64,000 nt of DNA from Anaeramoeba ignava BMAN (lineage: Eukaryota > Protista > Anaeramoebae): the NCBI GenBank assembly GCA_028826165.1, contig JAPDFW010000109.1, positions 134,388-198,387 of the forward strand, in the 5' to 3' direction. Position 1 is the stretch's first letter. The number at the start of each line of letters is the position of its first letter. The notes under the pieces were generated by a model, which ran no database searches, had not been told where the DNA came from, and saw only the letters and a list, made by a program, of their open reading frames with translations. A program made the translations under genes and the position numbers. This document shows, piece after piece, positions 25,760 to 38,169 of this stretch.

Positions 25760-27598
25760 ATGAATTTATTTGAAAAAAATAAAAATGATAAAAATGATTG
25801 TTTATTTTTCGGTTCAAATGAAAATCCAAAGCTTTTAAAATTGAAAGCAGAAATAATAAAAAATCCAATTCAATTTAAATTTGAAAATGAAAATGAAAAT
25901 GAAAATGAAAAACAAATTAAACAAATTAAACAAATTAAACAAATTGCATCAAGTTATTTTGGAACAATTTTCCTTTTTGAAAATGGAAAAGCAATAGAAT
26001 ATTTAAAAGATTCAAAACAAAATCCTGAAAAAATTCCAATTGAAAATATCAAGAAAGTAACTGTTGGTGGAAAAATTGAAGGTTTTTTAACTTCAGAAGG
26101 AATTGCATTTAAAAAAGAAAAAACAATTGAATCACAAAAAATAAAGGGTTATATCAATTTATCAGAATTAATTGAAGATCCAAATGATAGAGTAATTCAA
26201 GATATTGTTTGCGGTTCAAGATCAATTTACTTATTAACTTCAAATCAAAATGCTTATGGATTTGGATATAATGATTGTGGTCAACTTGGTTTTGATTCTG
26301 AAAAACTTCCAAAAGCAGAAAAACCAATTTTAATGATGAAAAATGTTTACAGAATCTTTTCAGGAATTTCTTCAGTTCATGTTTTTCTTTTGAATTCAAA
26401 TCAAGAATTATTTGGATGTGGATTTAACGGTCGTGGTCAACTTGGATTAGGCAAAAATCAATTAAAATCAAATGAATTAATCCAAATCCAAAATATTCCA
26501 AAAGGAAATATAATAGATATTCAATGTTCCAATTATTCTTCATTGATGCTGATTGAAGAAGATGATGATAGAAGAAAATTTTATTTATCGGGAAGCAAAG
26601 GTGAATTCTCAAAGATGATATCTGATGATGGCAAAGAAAACTCAATGGTGTTTAATGAGTTCAGATTAACTTTAGGAGAAAATGAGACAGAAAGATATTT
26701 GGATGACGAATTGGGAAATGATAATATTCTTGATTTTTCCGTTGGATATAATCATACTTTGGTTTTAACATATGGCGGAAAATTGTTTGGTTTTGGTGGA
26801 AACACTTCAGGTCAATTAGGAAGTGAGAAAACAAATGTATATAAGTTCATCACAAACGAAATCAAACTTCCTAAATTAAGATTTAATGAAGATACTTCTA
26901 ATTATCATGTTTCTTGTGGATTTAACAAATCATTTCTTTATTATTCTCGTTATTTTTCCAATCTTGAAGAAGATCTGATAAAATTATTTCAAAGAAAAGA
27001 ATTTTGTGATATTTCATTTAAAACAATCAATGGAGAAATAATTGAAGCTCATAAATTAATATTGAAATATAGATTAAAACATTATGAAGATGGAATTGAA
27101 AAACTTCAAGAAATTATTTCAAAAAAAACAACCAAAGAATCAAATCAAATATTTGAAATGATTTATTCAAACAGAATAATAAATCCAAAATTATATTCTG
27201 AAATTAAAGAAATTATAAATTCCAATGAAAAAATTGAAGAAACAATGAAAAGAATTTATTATTTAAATGAAAATGAAAATGATTTTATTATTGAAAGAAA
27301 AGAAAAACAATATAAATTTCCTAAATTAATATTAATAATGAGAAGTGAATTATATCGAGGAATGTTTTTATCTGTAACAGAAGATAAATCTAATAAAGTT
27401 ACAGATTATAGTGAATTAAGTAATAAATCATTTCAAATATTTGAATATTGGATTTATTCAAATCAAATTAAAGAAGGAATTCAAATTACACAAGAAATTA
27501 TTGATGAAATTCAAATAGGAATTGATTATTTTCAATTAAATCAAACAAATCCAAATTTATTTGATTTATTAATTAATAAATTTAATAATCAAAATTAA
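25760..27598 (+). CDS. RCC1-repeat/BTB protein, copy A (most divergent of the array)
   Basis: 612 aa; RCC1 repeats (GxNxxGQLG, SVGYNHTL) plus tandem BTB-like C-terminus (FCDISF...AHKLIL; LIMRSELYRGMF). Confidence 0.9.
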   Translation: MNLFEKNKNDKNDCLFFGSNENPKLLKLKAEIIKNPIQFKFENENENENEKQIKQIKQIKQIASSYFGTIFLFENGKAIEYLKDSKQNPEKIPIENIKKVTVGGKIEGFLTSEGIAFKKEKTIESQKIKGYINLSELIEDPNDRVIQDIVCGSRSIYLLTSNQNAYGFGYNDCGQLGFDSEKLPKAEKPILMMKNVYRIFSGISSVHVFLLNSNQELFGCGFNGRGQLGLGKNQLKSNELIQIQNIPKGNIIDIQCSNYSSLMLIEEDDDRRKFYLSGSKGEFSKMISDDGKENSMVFNEFRLTLGENETERYLDDELGNDNILDFSVGYNHTLVLTYGGKLFGFGGNTSGQLGSEKTNVYKFITNEIKLPKLRFNEDTSNYHVSCGFNKSFLYYSRYFSNLEEDLIKLFQRKEFCDISFKTINGEIIEAHKLILKYRLKHYEDGIEKLQEIISKKTTKESNQIFEMIYSNRIINPKLYSEIKEIINSNEKIEETMKRIYYLNENENDFIIERKEKQYKFPKLILIMRSELYRGMFLSVTEDKSNKVTDYSELSNKSFQIFEYWIYSNQIKEGIQITQEIIDEIQIGIDYFQLNQTNPNLFDLLINKFNNQN

Positions 27599-27995
27599 AA
27601 TTAAAATTAAAATTAAAATTAAAATTAAAATTAAAATTAAAATTAAAATTAAAATTAGAATAAATATTAAAATCAAAATCAAAATCAAAATTAAAATTAA
27701 AATTAAAATTCATTTATAAAATTAAAAATCAAAATTAAAATTAAAATTAAAATCGAAATTAAAATTAAAATTAAAATTAAAATTAAAATTAAAATTAAAA
27801 TTAAAATTAAAATTAAAATTAAAATTAAAATTAAAATTAAAATTAAAATTAAAATTAAAATTAAAATTAGAATAAATATTTAAATCAAAATCAAAATCAA
27901 AATCAAAATTAAAATTAAAATTCATTTATAAAATTAAAATTAAAATTCAAAATTAAAATTAAAATTAAAATTAAAATTAAAATTAAAATTAAAAT
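27599..27995 (+). repeat. (AAAATT)n microsatellite spacer
   Basis: Direct read; includes a short internal duplication. Confidence 0.9.
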
Positions 27996-28039
27996 ATTTT
28001 TTTCATTTTTTCATTTTTTTCATTTTTTTCTTTTCAAAA

Positions 28040-29818
28040 ATGAATGATTGTTTATTTTTTGGTTTAAATCAAGATCCAAAACTTATCAAAAATAAACCAG
28101 AAAAAATAACAAAACCAATTCAATTTAAATTTGAAAATGAAAATGAAAATGAAAATGAAAATGAAAAACAAATTAAACAAATTTCATCAAGTTATTTTTC
28201 AACAATTTTCCTTTTTAAAAATGGAAAAGCAATAGAATATTTAAATGAAGAAGATTCAAATCAAAATCCTCATAAAATTGAAATTGAAAATATTCAAAAA
28301 GTATCTGTTGGTTTTCAAAATGAAGCTATTTTAACATTAGAAGGAAATGTATTTGCCAAAGGAAAAGATATTAATCCAAATAATTCAAATCAATTTATCA
28401 ATATTTCATCATTAATTGAAGATAAAAATGATAGAATAATTCAAGATATTGTTTCTGGTTATCAATCAATTTACTTATTAACTTCAAATCAAAATGTTTA
28501 TGGAATTGGTTCAAATGATTATGGTCAACTTGGTTTTGATTCTGAAACACTTAAAAAAACAGAAAAACCAATTTTAATAATGAAAAATGTTTCTAAAATA
28601 TTTTCAGGAAGTTCTTCAGATTATGTTTTTCTTTTAAATTCAAATCAAGAATTATTTGGATGCGGAAATAATGATTTAGGTCAACTTGGATTAGGAGAAT
28701 CAAGAAAAGAAGAAACCAAAATCAAAGAATTAACCCGAATCCAAAATATTCCAAAAGGCAAAATAATTGATATTCATTGTGGCTTTGGTCATTCAATAAT
28801 GTTGATTGAAAATGAAAATGAAAATCCAAAAAGAAAAATTTATTCATGTGGATATTCTGGATATAATGGGCTTGGCGAAAATCAAGATACTTATAAATTT
28901 ACTGAAATCAAACCATCTTTATTCGAAAATGATGATAATATTCTTGATTTTTCTTGTGGAGATAACCATACTTTGATTTTAACTTCTAATTCAAAAATGA
29001 TAGGATTTGGAAATAATTGGTTTGGCCAATTAGGAACTGGAAATACAAATAATCAATTTATTCCAATTCAAATTGAACTTCCTAAATTAAGATTTAATGA
29101 AAATATTTCTAATTATCATATTTCTTGTGGATGCTACAAATCATTTCTTTATTATTCTCCTCCTTCTTTTTCCAATCTTGAAGAAGATTTGATAAAACTA
29201 TTTAGAAGAAAACAATTTTGTGATATTTCATTTAAAACAGAAAATGGAGAAATAATTGAAGCTCATAAATTAATATTGAAATATAGATTAAATCAAAATG
29301 AAAATCAAATTGAAAAACTTAAAGAAATTATTTCAAAAAAATCAATTAAAGAATCAAATCAAATATTTGAAATGATTTATTCAAACAATTCCAATATAAA
29401 TCCAATATTATATTCTGAAATTAAAGAAATTATAAATTCAAATGAAAAAATTGAAGAAACAATGAAAAGAATTTATTTAAATGAAAATGAAAATGAAAAA
29501 GATTTTATAATTGAAAGAAAAGAAAAACAATATAAATTTCCTAAATTAATATTAATAATGAGAAGTGAATTATATCGAGGAATGTTTTTATCTGTAACAG
29601 AAGATAAATCTAATAAAGTTACAGATTATAGTGAATTAAGTAATAAATCATTTCAAATATTTGAATATTGGATTTATTCAAATCAAATTAAAGAAGGAAT
29701 TCAAATTACAAAAAAAATAATTGATGAATTAGAAAGAGGAATTGATTATTTTCAATTAAATCAAACAAATCCAAATTTATTTGATTTATTAATTAATAAA
29801 TTTAATAATCAAAATTAA
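28040..29818 (+). CDS. RCC1-repeat/BTB protein, copy B
   Basis: Intact 592-aa ORF with the same architecture. Confidence 0.92.
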   Translation: MNDCLFFGLNQDPKLIKNKPEKITKPIQFKFENENENENENEKQIKQISSSYFSTIFLFKNGKAIEYLNEEDSNQNPHKIEIENIQKVSVGFQNEAILTLEGNVFAKGKDINPNNSNQFINISSLIEDKNDRIIQDIVSGYQSIYLLTSNQNVYGIGSNDYGQLGFDSETLKKTEKPILIMKNVSKIFSGSSSDYVFLLNSNQELFGCGNNDLGQLGLGESRKEETKIKELTRIQNIPKGKIIDIHCGFGHSIMLIENENENPKRKIYSCGYSGYNGLGENQDTYKFTEIKPSLFENDDNILDFSCGDNHTLILTSNSKMIGFGNNWFGQLGTGNTNNQFIPIQIELPKLRFNENISNYHISCGCYKSFLYYSPPSFSNLEEDLIKLFRRKQFCDISFKTENGEIIEAHKLILKYRLNQNENQIEKLKEIISKKSIKESNQIFEMIYSNNSNINPILYSEIKEIINSNEKIEETMKRIYLNENENEKDFIIERKEKQYKFPKLILIMRSELYRGMFLSVTEDKSNKVTDYSELSNKSFQIFEYWIYSNQIKEGIQITKKIIDELERGIDYFQLNQTNPNLFDLLINKFNNQN

Positions 29819-30130
29819 TAATTAAAATTAAAATTAAAATTAAAAATTAAAATCAAAATCAAAATTAAAATTAAAATTAAAATTAAAATTAAAATAAAAA
29901 TAAATTTAAAATTAAAAATCAAAATCAAAATTAAAATTAAAATTAAAATTAAAATCAAAATTAAAATTTAAAATTAAAATCAAAATTAAAATTAAAATTA
30001 AAATTAAAATTAAAATTAAAATTAAAATCAAAATTAAAATTAAAATCAAATTTAAAATTAAAATCAAAATTGAAATTAAAATTAAAATCAAAATTAAAAT
30101 TAAAATTAAAATTAAAATTAAAATTAAAAT
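29819..30130 (+). repeat. (AAAATT)n microsatellite spacer
   Basis: Direct read. Confidence 0.9.
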
Positions 30131-30174
30131 CCAAAAAATCATTTTTCATTTTTTCATTTTTTTTCTTTTCAAAA

Positions 30175-31967
30175 ATGAATGATTGTTTATTTTTTGGTTT
30201 AAATCAAGATCCAAAACTTATCAAAAATGAATCAATTAAAATAACAAAACCAATTCAATTTAAATTTGAAAATGAAAATGAAAATGAAAATGAAAATGAA
30301 AATGAAAATGAAAAACAAATTAAACAAATTTCATCAAGTAATTTTTCAACAATTTTCCTTTTTGAAAATGGAAAAGCAATAGAATATTTAAATAAAAAAG
30401 ATTCAAATCAAAATCCTGAAAAAATCCAAATTGAAATTGAAAATATTCAAAAAGTAACTGTTGGTTTTCAAAATGAAGCTATTTTAACAATAGAAGGAAA
30501 AGTATTTGCAAAAGGAAAAGATATTAATCCAAATAATTCAAATGAATTTATCAATATTTCATCATTAATTGAAGATAAAAATGATAGAATAATTCAAGAT
30601 GTTGTTTCTGGATACCAATCAATTTATTTATTAACTTCAAATCAAAATGCTTATGGAATTGGCTCAAATTTTTTTGGTCAACTTGGTTTTGATTCTGAAA
30701 GACTTAAAAAAACAGAAAAACCAATTTTAATGATGAAAAATGTTTCTAAAATATTTTCAGGAGATTCTTCATATTCTGTTTTTCTTTTAAATTCAAATCA
30801 AGAATTATTTGGATGCGGAAATAATTATTCTGGTCAACTTGGATTAGGAGAATCAGGAGAAGAAACAAAAATCAAAGAATTAACCAAAATACAAAATATT
30901 CCAAAAGGCAAAATAATTGATATTCAATGTGGCAATGCTCATTCAATAATGTTGATTGAAAATGAAAATCAAAATCAAAATGAAAAAGAAAACTTTATTC
31001 ATGTGGATATTATGAATATAATGGACTTGGCAAAAATGAAAATACTTATGAATTTACTGAAATCAAATCATCTTTATTTGAAAATGATAATATTCTTGAT
31101 TTTTCTTGTGGAGATAGCCATACTTTGATTTTAACTTCCAATTCAAAAATGATAGGATTTGGACATAATTGGTTTGGTCAATTAGGAACTGGAAATACAA
31201 ATAATCAATTAATTCCAATTCAAATTGAACTTCCTAAATTAAGATTTAATGAAAATATTTCTAATTATCATATTTCTTGTGGAAATGACAGATCATTTCT
31301 TTATTATTCTCCTTCTTTTTCCAATCTTGAAGAAGATTTGATAAAATTATTTGAAAGAAAAGAATTTTGTGATATTTCATTTAAAACCGAAAATGGAGAA
31401 ATAATTGAAGCTCATAAATTAATATTGAAATATAGATTAAATCAAAATCAAAATCAAAATGGAATTGAAAAACTTCAAGAAATTATTTCAAAAAAATCAA
31501 TTAAAGAATCAAATCAAATATTTGAAATGATTTATTCAAACAATTCTAAAATAAATCCAAAATTATATTCTGAAATTAAAGAAATTATAAATTCAAATGA
31601 AAAAATTGAAGAAACAATGAAAAGAATTTATTTAAATGAAAATGAAAATGATTTTATAATTGAAAGAAAAGAAAAACAATATAAATTTCCAAAATTAATA
31701 TTAATAATGAGAAGTGAATTATATCGAGGAATGTTTTTATCTGTAACTGAAGATAAATCTAATAAAGTTACAGATTATAGTGAATTAAGTAATAAATCAT
31801 TTCAAATATTTGAATATTGGATTTATTCAAATCAAATTAAAGATGAAATTCAAATTACACAAGAAATAATTGATGAAATTCAAATTGGAATTGATTATTT
31901 TCAATTAAATCAAACAAATCCAAATTTATTTGATTTATTAATTAATAAATTTAATAATCAAAATTAA
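30175..31967 (+). CDS. RCC1-repeat/BTB protein, copy C (1-nt frameshift in A-run ~30985)
   Basis: ATG at 30175 (MNDCLFFG); ORFs 30070..31128 and 31125..31967 together are collinear with copy B. Confidence 0.85.
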
Positions 31968-32218
31968 AATTAATAATTAAAATTAAAATTAAAATTAAAA
32001 TCAAAATTAAAATTAAAATTTAAATCAAAATCAAAATTAAAATTAAAATTAAAATCAAAATCAAAATTAAAATTAAAATTTAAATTAAAATTAAAATTAA
32101 AATTAAAATTAAAATTAAAATTAAAATTAAAATTAAAATTAAAATTAAAATTAAAATTAAAATCAAAATTAAAATCAAAATCAAAATTAAAATTAAAATT
32201 AAAATTAAAATTAAAATT
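31968..32218 (+). repeat. (AAAATT)n microsatellite spacer
   Basis: Direct read. Confidence 0.9.
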
Positions 32219-32255
32219 CCAAAAAAATTTTTTTTCATTTTTTTTCTTTTCAAAA

Positions 32256-34030
32256 ATGAATGATTGTTTATTTTTTGGTTCAAATCAAGATCCAATTCTT
32301 TTGGAAAATGAATCAAATATAATAACAAAACCAATTCAATTTAAATTTGAAAATGAAAATGAAAATGAAAATGAAAATGAAAAACAAATTAAACAAATTT
32401 CAACAGGTTTCTTTTCAACAGTTTTCCTTTTTGAAAATGGGAAAGCAATAGAATACTTCAAATATTCAAATCAAAATCCTCATAAAATTGAAATTGAAAA
32501 TATTCAAAAAGTAACTGTTGGTTATGCAAATGAAGCTATTTTAACAAAAGAAGGAAATGTATTTGCCAAAGGAAAAGATATTAATCTAAATAATTCAAAT
32601 GAATTTATCAATATTTCATCATTAATTGAAAATAAAAATGATAGAATAATTGAAGATGTTGTTTCTGGAGCTTTTTCAATTTACTTATTAACTTCAAATC
32701 AAAATGCTTATGGAATTGGTTCAAATGATTTTGGTCAAATTGGTTTTGATTCTGAAACACTTTATGAAACAGAAAAACCAATTTTAATGATGAAAAATGT
32801 TTCTAAAATATTTTCAGGAAATTCTTCAGCTCATGTTTTTCTTTTAAATTCAAATCAAGAATTATTTGGATGCGGAAATAATGATTTAGGTCAACTTGGA
32901 TTAGGAGAATCAAGAAAAGAAGAATCAAAAATCCAAAATTAACCAAAATCCAAAATATTCCAAAAGGCAAAATAATTGATATTCAATGTGGATATGGTCA
33001 TTCAATAATGTTGATTGAAGATGAAAATGAAAATGAAAATCCAAAAAGAAAACTTTATTCATGTGGAGATTATCAATATAATGGACTTGGCAAAAATGAA
33101 GATACTTATGAATTTACTGAAATCAAATCATCTTTATTTGAAAATGATGATGATATTCTTGATATTTCTTGTGGAAATGTTCATACTTTGATTTTAACTT
33201 CCAATTCAATATTAATTGGATTTGGAAATAATTGGTTTGATCAATTAGCAACTGGAGATACAGTTGAACAATCAATTCCAATTCAAATTGAACTTCCTAA
33301 ATTAAGATTTAATGAAAATATTTCTAATTATCATATTTCTTGTGGTGATGATAAATCATTTCTTTATTATTCTCCTCTTCCTTTTTCTAATCTTGAAGAA
33401 GATTTGATAAAATTATTTAGAAGAAAAGAATTTTGCAACATTTCATTTAAAACAGAAAATGGAGAAATAATTGAAGCTCATAAATTAATATTGAAATATA
33501 GATTAAATCAAAATGAAAATCAAATTGAAAAACTTCAAGAAATTATTTCAAAAAAATCAATTAAAGAATCAAATCAAATATTTGAAATGATTTATTCAAA
33601 CAGAATAATAAATCCAATATTATATTCTGAAATTAAAGAAATTATAAATTCAAATGAAAAAATTGAAGAAACAATGAAAAGAATTTATTTAAATGAAAAT
33701 GAAAATGAAAATGATTTTATAATTGAAAGAAAAGAAAAACAATATAAATTTCCTAAATTAATATTAATAATGAGAAGTGAATTATATCGAGGAATGTTTT
33801 TATCTGTAACTGAAGATACTTCAAATAAAGTTACAGATTATAGTGAATTAAGTAATAAATCATTTCAAATATTTGAATATTGGATTTATTCAAATCAAAT
33901 CAAAGATGAAATTCAAATTACACAAGAAATGATTGATGAAATTCAAATTGGAATTGATTATTTTCAATTAAATCAAACAAATCCAAATTTATTTGATTTA
34001 TTAATTAATAAATTTAATAATCAAAATTAA
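32256..34030 (+). CDS. RCC1-repeat/BTB protein, copy D (1-nt frameshift in A-run ~32936)
   Basis: ORFs 32256..32942 and 33008..34030; atccaaaattaacc here versus atccaaaaattaacc in paralogues. Confidence 0.85.
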
Positions 34031-34385
34031 AATCAAAATTAAAATTAAAATTAAAATCAAAATTAAAATTAAAATTAAAATTAAAATTAAAATTAAAATC
34101 AAAATTAAAATTAAAATTAAAATTAAAATTAAAATCAAAATTAAAATTAAAATTAAAATTAAAATTAAAATTAAAATTAAAATTAAAATTAAAATTAAAA
34201 TTAAAATTAAAATTAAAATTAAAATTAAAATTAAAATTAAAATTAAAAATTAAAATTAAAATTAAAATTAAAATTAAAATTAAAATTAAAATCAAAATTA
34301 AAAATTAAAATTAAAATTAAAATTAAAATTAAAATTAAAATTAAAATTAAAATTAAAATTAATAATCAAAATCAGAATTAAAATT
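34031..34385 (+). repeat. (AAAATT)n microsatellite
   Basis: Direct read. Confidence 0.9.
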
Positions 34386-34472
34386 AAAAAGAAAAAAAGG
34401 AAATTTTGATTGATTTTTTGTTTTTGAATTGAAAAAAAGGAAAAGAAAAAAAAGTAAAGAAAAGAAAAGAAG

Positions 34473-35591
34473 TTATTTTTTTTTATGGACAACACTCGGC
34501 CCAACTTCGATATATTGATCCTTTGAGATCCAGAGGTTTTCAGAAGTAAAAACTGAATTAAAAAGGGATCCACCAATCCATGAGAAGATTTTTCTGTTTG
34601 GGGAAGCATTTACAGAAATCCTTAGTTTACCCGAAAATAAAGAATCAAGTTCTTTCTGAAGTCTTTGTTGGAAATTAGGGAAAAAAGTAGTTCCACCTAC
34701 TAAAACAATATTTGCAGCAAGATCTTTTCGAACATCAACAGGAGTTTCCATAATTGAATTGTAAATCAATTGGTGAATTCCTTCAAAATCAAGACCCATT
34801 AATCTTGGATCAAATAAACCTTCACAACACTTGATTCTTTCATCTGAAAAAGTAATGATATCACCATTTTTGAGTTCGAATTCCTTTTCCAATTGTGATT
34901 TATTATTTTCTTTGATTTCTTCTTGATAATTCAAAGAACAATAACAAAATTTTTCTTTGATTTCCCTTGCAATTTCAATTTCAGCTGAAGTTTTGAATGA
35001 ATATCCTTTTTCTCCAAGTAAATTGATTAAATAATTGGTTATATCAGTGCCTGAGAAGTTGTATTGATGAATAGCTTGAGGGATTCCAAATCCTTGATAA
35101 AAAGGATGAGTACTTAAAATTCCATGTCCAATATCAACTATCATTTTTGTATCTCTTCCATGTGAAATTAATATCAAAGGCCCAGGATTTGTGATATGAA
35201 ATGAACGGAAACCAAATGTTTCAAACATAATTTGCGCCGTTTTTTCTCGAGATGCGTTTGGATTCATTAACGGCTCAGTTATCAAAATTGAATGATCTTT
35301 TGGATCAATTTTTAATTGGTTCAAAAAAATGTCATTCCAAATTTTTTCGATATTTCCCCAATCTTTGATAATTCCCCTTTCAATCGGATATGTTAAATTG
35401 AGTAATTCTCGTTGTTTTTGTGCTTCGTTTCCAATATATTCAGTTTCTTTTAATTCAGTTGTTTGTGTTGGATTTATTAAAGTTCCAATAATTGTTGATG
35501 AAAAGATTTTCGGTTTTACTTCTTGTTCAAATCCTGCTTTGATTTCAAATGTTCCGTTATCAAGAACAATTGCTTGAGTGATATTTTCCAT
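34473..35591 (-). CDS. Divergent actin / actin-related protein
   Basis: 372 aa; AIVLDNGT..IKAGF, YPIERGII.DW, ITEPLMNP..SREK.AQIMFETF, TSAEIEIAREIKEK, DVRKDL..NIVLVGGTT.FP, WIGGS. Confidence 0.93.
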   Translation of the reverse strand: MENITQAIVLDNGTFEIKAGFEQEVKPKIFSSTIIGTLINPTQTTELKETEYIGNEAQKQRELLNLTYPIERGIIKDWGNIEKIWNDIFLNQLKIDPKDHSILITEPLMNPNASREKTAQIMFETFGFRSFHITNPGPLILISHGRDTKMIVDIGHGILSTHPFYQGFGIPQAIHQYNFSGTDITNYLINLLGEKGYSFKTSAEIEIAREIKEKFCYCSLNYQEEIKENNKSQLEKEFELKNGDIITFSDERIKCCEGLFDPRLMGLDFEGIHQLIYNSIMETPVDVRKDLAANIVLVGGTTFFPNFQQRLQKELDSLFSGKLRISVNASPNRKIFSWIGGSLFNSVFTSENLWISKDQYIEVGPSVVHKKK

Positions 35592-35644
35592 GTAAAAAAA
35601 ATGAAAAAAATGAAAAAAAATTTGTTTCTTTTTTTTTTGTTTCT

Positions 35645-36324
35645 TTTTAATTTTAATTTTAATTTTTTATCCGATTTTAATTTTAATTTTTGATTTGAAT
35701 TTTAATTTTTAATTTTAATTTTAATTTTGATTTTAATTTTAATTTTGATTTTAATTTTAATTTTGATTTTGATTTTAAATTTAATTTTGATTTTAATTTT
35801 AATTATAATTTTAATTTTAATTTTAATTTTAATTTTAATTTTAATTTTAATTTTAATTTTAATTTTGATTTTAATTTTAATTTTAATTTTAATTTTAATT
35901 TTAATTTTGATTTTAATTTTAATTTTAATTTTAATTTTAATTTTAATTTTAATTTTAATTTTAATTTTAATTTTAATTTTTAATTTTAATTTTAATTTTA
36001 ATTTTAATTTTAATTTTAATTTTAATTTTAATTTTAATTTTAATTTTAATTTTGATTTTGATTTTAATTTTAATTTTGATTTTAATTTTGATTTTAATTT
36101 TAATTTTAATTTTAAATTTAATTTTGATTTTAATTTTAATTATAATTTTAATTTTAATTTTAATTTTAATTTTAATTTTAATTTTAATTCTGATTTTGAT
36201 TATTAATTTTAATTTTAATTTTAATTTTGATATTAATTTGAATTTTAATTTTATAAATGAATTTTAATTTTTAATTTTAATTTTAATTTTAATTTTAATT
36301 TTAATTTTGATTTAAATTTTAATT
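35645..36324 (-). repeat. (AAAATT)n microsatellite (minus-strand polarity)
   Basis: Reads (aatttt)n on the + strand. Confidence 0.9.
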
Positions 36325-38112
36325 TTAATTTTGATTATTAAATTTGTTAATTAATAAATCGAATAAATTTGGATTTGTTTGATTTAATTGAAAATAATCA
36401 ATTCCTGTTTCAATTTCATTAATTATTTCTTTTGTAATTTGAATTTCATCTTTAATTTGATTTGAATAAATCCAATATTCAAATATTTGAAATGATTTAT
36501 TACTTAATTCACTATAATCTCTAACTTTATTTGATTTATCTTCAGTTACAGATAAAAACATTCCTCGATATAATTCACTTCTCATTATTAATATTAATTT
36601 TGGAAATTTATATTGTTTTTCTTTTCTTTCAATTATAAAATCTTTTTCATTTTCATTTTCATTTAAATAAATTCTTTTAATTGTTTCTTCAATTTTTTCA
36701 TTTGAATTTATAATTTCTTTAATTTCAGAATATAATATTGGATTTATTATTCTGTTTGAATAAATCATTTCAAATATTTGATTTGATTCTTTAATTGATT
36801 TTTTTGAAATAATTTCTTTAAGTTTTTCAATTTGATTTTGATTTTGATTTTGATTTAATCTATATTTCAATATTAATTTATGAGCTTCAATTATTTCTCC
36901 ATTTTTGGTTTTAAATGAAATATCACAAAATTCTTTTCTTCGAGATAGTTTTATCAAATCTTCTTCAAGATTGGAAAAAGAAGGAGAATAATAAAGAAAA
37001 GATCTATCATTTCCACAAGAAATATGATAATTAGAAATATTTTCATTAAATCTTAATTTAGGAAGTTTAATTTGAATTGGAATTAATTGATCTTCTGTAT
37101 CTCCAGTTGCTAATTGATCAGAAAAATTATCTCCAAATCCAATCAATTTTGAATTAGAAGTTAAAATCAAAGTATGAGCATTTCCAACAGAAAAATCAAG
37201 AATATTATCATCATTTTCAAATAAAGATGATTTGATTTCAGTAAATTCATAAATATTTTCATATCTTCCAAGTCCATTATATTCATAAACTCCACACGAA
37301 TAAAGTTTTCTTTTTGGATTTTCATTTTGATTTTCATTTTCAATCAACATTATTGAATGATTAAATCCACATTGAATATCAATTATTTTGCCTTTTGGAA
37401 TATTTTGTATTTTGGTTAGTTCTTTGATTTTTGTTTCTTTTCTTGATTCTCCTAATCCAAGTTGACCTGAATAATTATTTCCGCATCCAAATAATTCTTG
37501 ATTTGAATTTAAAAGAAAAACATGAGCTGAAGAATCTCCTGAAAATATTTTAGAAACATTTTTCATCATTAAAATTGGTTTTTCTGTTTTTGGAAGTGTT
37601 TCAGAATCAAAACCAAGTTGACCATGTTCATTTGAACCAAATCCATAAGCATTTTGATTTGAAGTTAATAAGTAAATTGAATTTAATCCAGAAACAATAT
37701 CTTGAATTATTCTATCATTTGTATCTTCAATTAATGATGAAATATTGATAAATTCTTTTGGATTTTTTGGATTAATATATTTTCCTTTGGCAAATACTTT
37801 TCCTTCTATTGTTAAAATAGTTTCATTTTGATCACCAACAGTTACTTTTTGAATATTTTCAATTTGGATTTTTTCAGGATTTTGATTTGAATCATTTTCA
37901 TTTAAGTATTCTATTGCTTTTCCATTTTTAAAAAGGAAAATTGTTGAAAAATAACTTGTTGAAATTTGTTTAATTTGTTTTTCATTTTCATTTTCATTTT
38001 CATTTTCATTTTCATTTTCAAATTTAAATTGAATTGGTTTTGTTATTTTAATTGATTCATTTTTGATAAGTTTTGGAAATGAATTTGAACCAAAAAATAA
38101 ACAATCATTCAT
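36325..38112 (-). CDS. RCC1-repeat/BTB protein, copy E
   Basis: Intact 595-aa ORF. Confidence 0.92.
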   Translation of the reverse strand: MNDCLFFGSNSFPKLIKNESIKITKPIQFKFENENENENENENEKQIKQISTSYFSTIFLFKNGKAIEYLNENDSNQNPEKIQIENIQKVTVGDQNETILTIEGKVFAKGKYINPKNPKEFINISSLIEDTNDRIIQDIVSGLNSIYLLTSNQNAYGFGSNEHGQLGFDSETLPKTEKPILMMKNVSKIFSGDSSAHVFLLNSNQELFGCGNNYSGQLGLGESRKETKIKELTKIQNIPKGKIIDIQCGFNHSIMLIENENQNENPKRKLYSCGVYEYNGLGRYENIYEFTEIKSSLFENDDNILDFSVGNAHTLILTSNSKLIGFGDNFSDQLATGDTEDQLIPIQIKLPKLRFNENISNYHISCGNDRSFLYYSPSFSNLEEDLIKLSRRKEFCDISFKTKNGEIIEAHKLILKYRLNQNQNQNQIEKLKEIISKKSIKESNQIFEMIYSNRIINPILYSEIKEIINSNEKIEETIKRIYLNENENEKDFIIERKEKQYKFPKLILIMRSELYRGMFLSVTEDKSNKVRDYSELSNKSFQIFEYWIYSNQIKDEIQITKEIINEIETGIDYFQLNQTNPNLFDLLINKFNNQN

Positions 38113-38169
38113 TTTTAAAAAGAAAAAAATGAAAAAATGAAAAATGAAAAAATGAAAAAAAATATTTGG

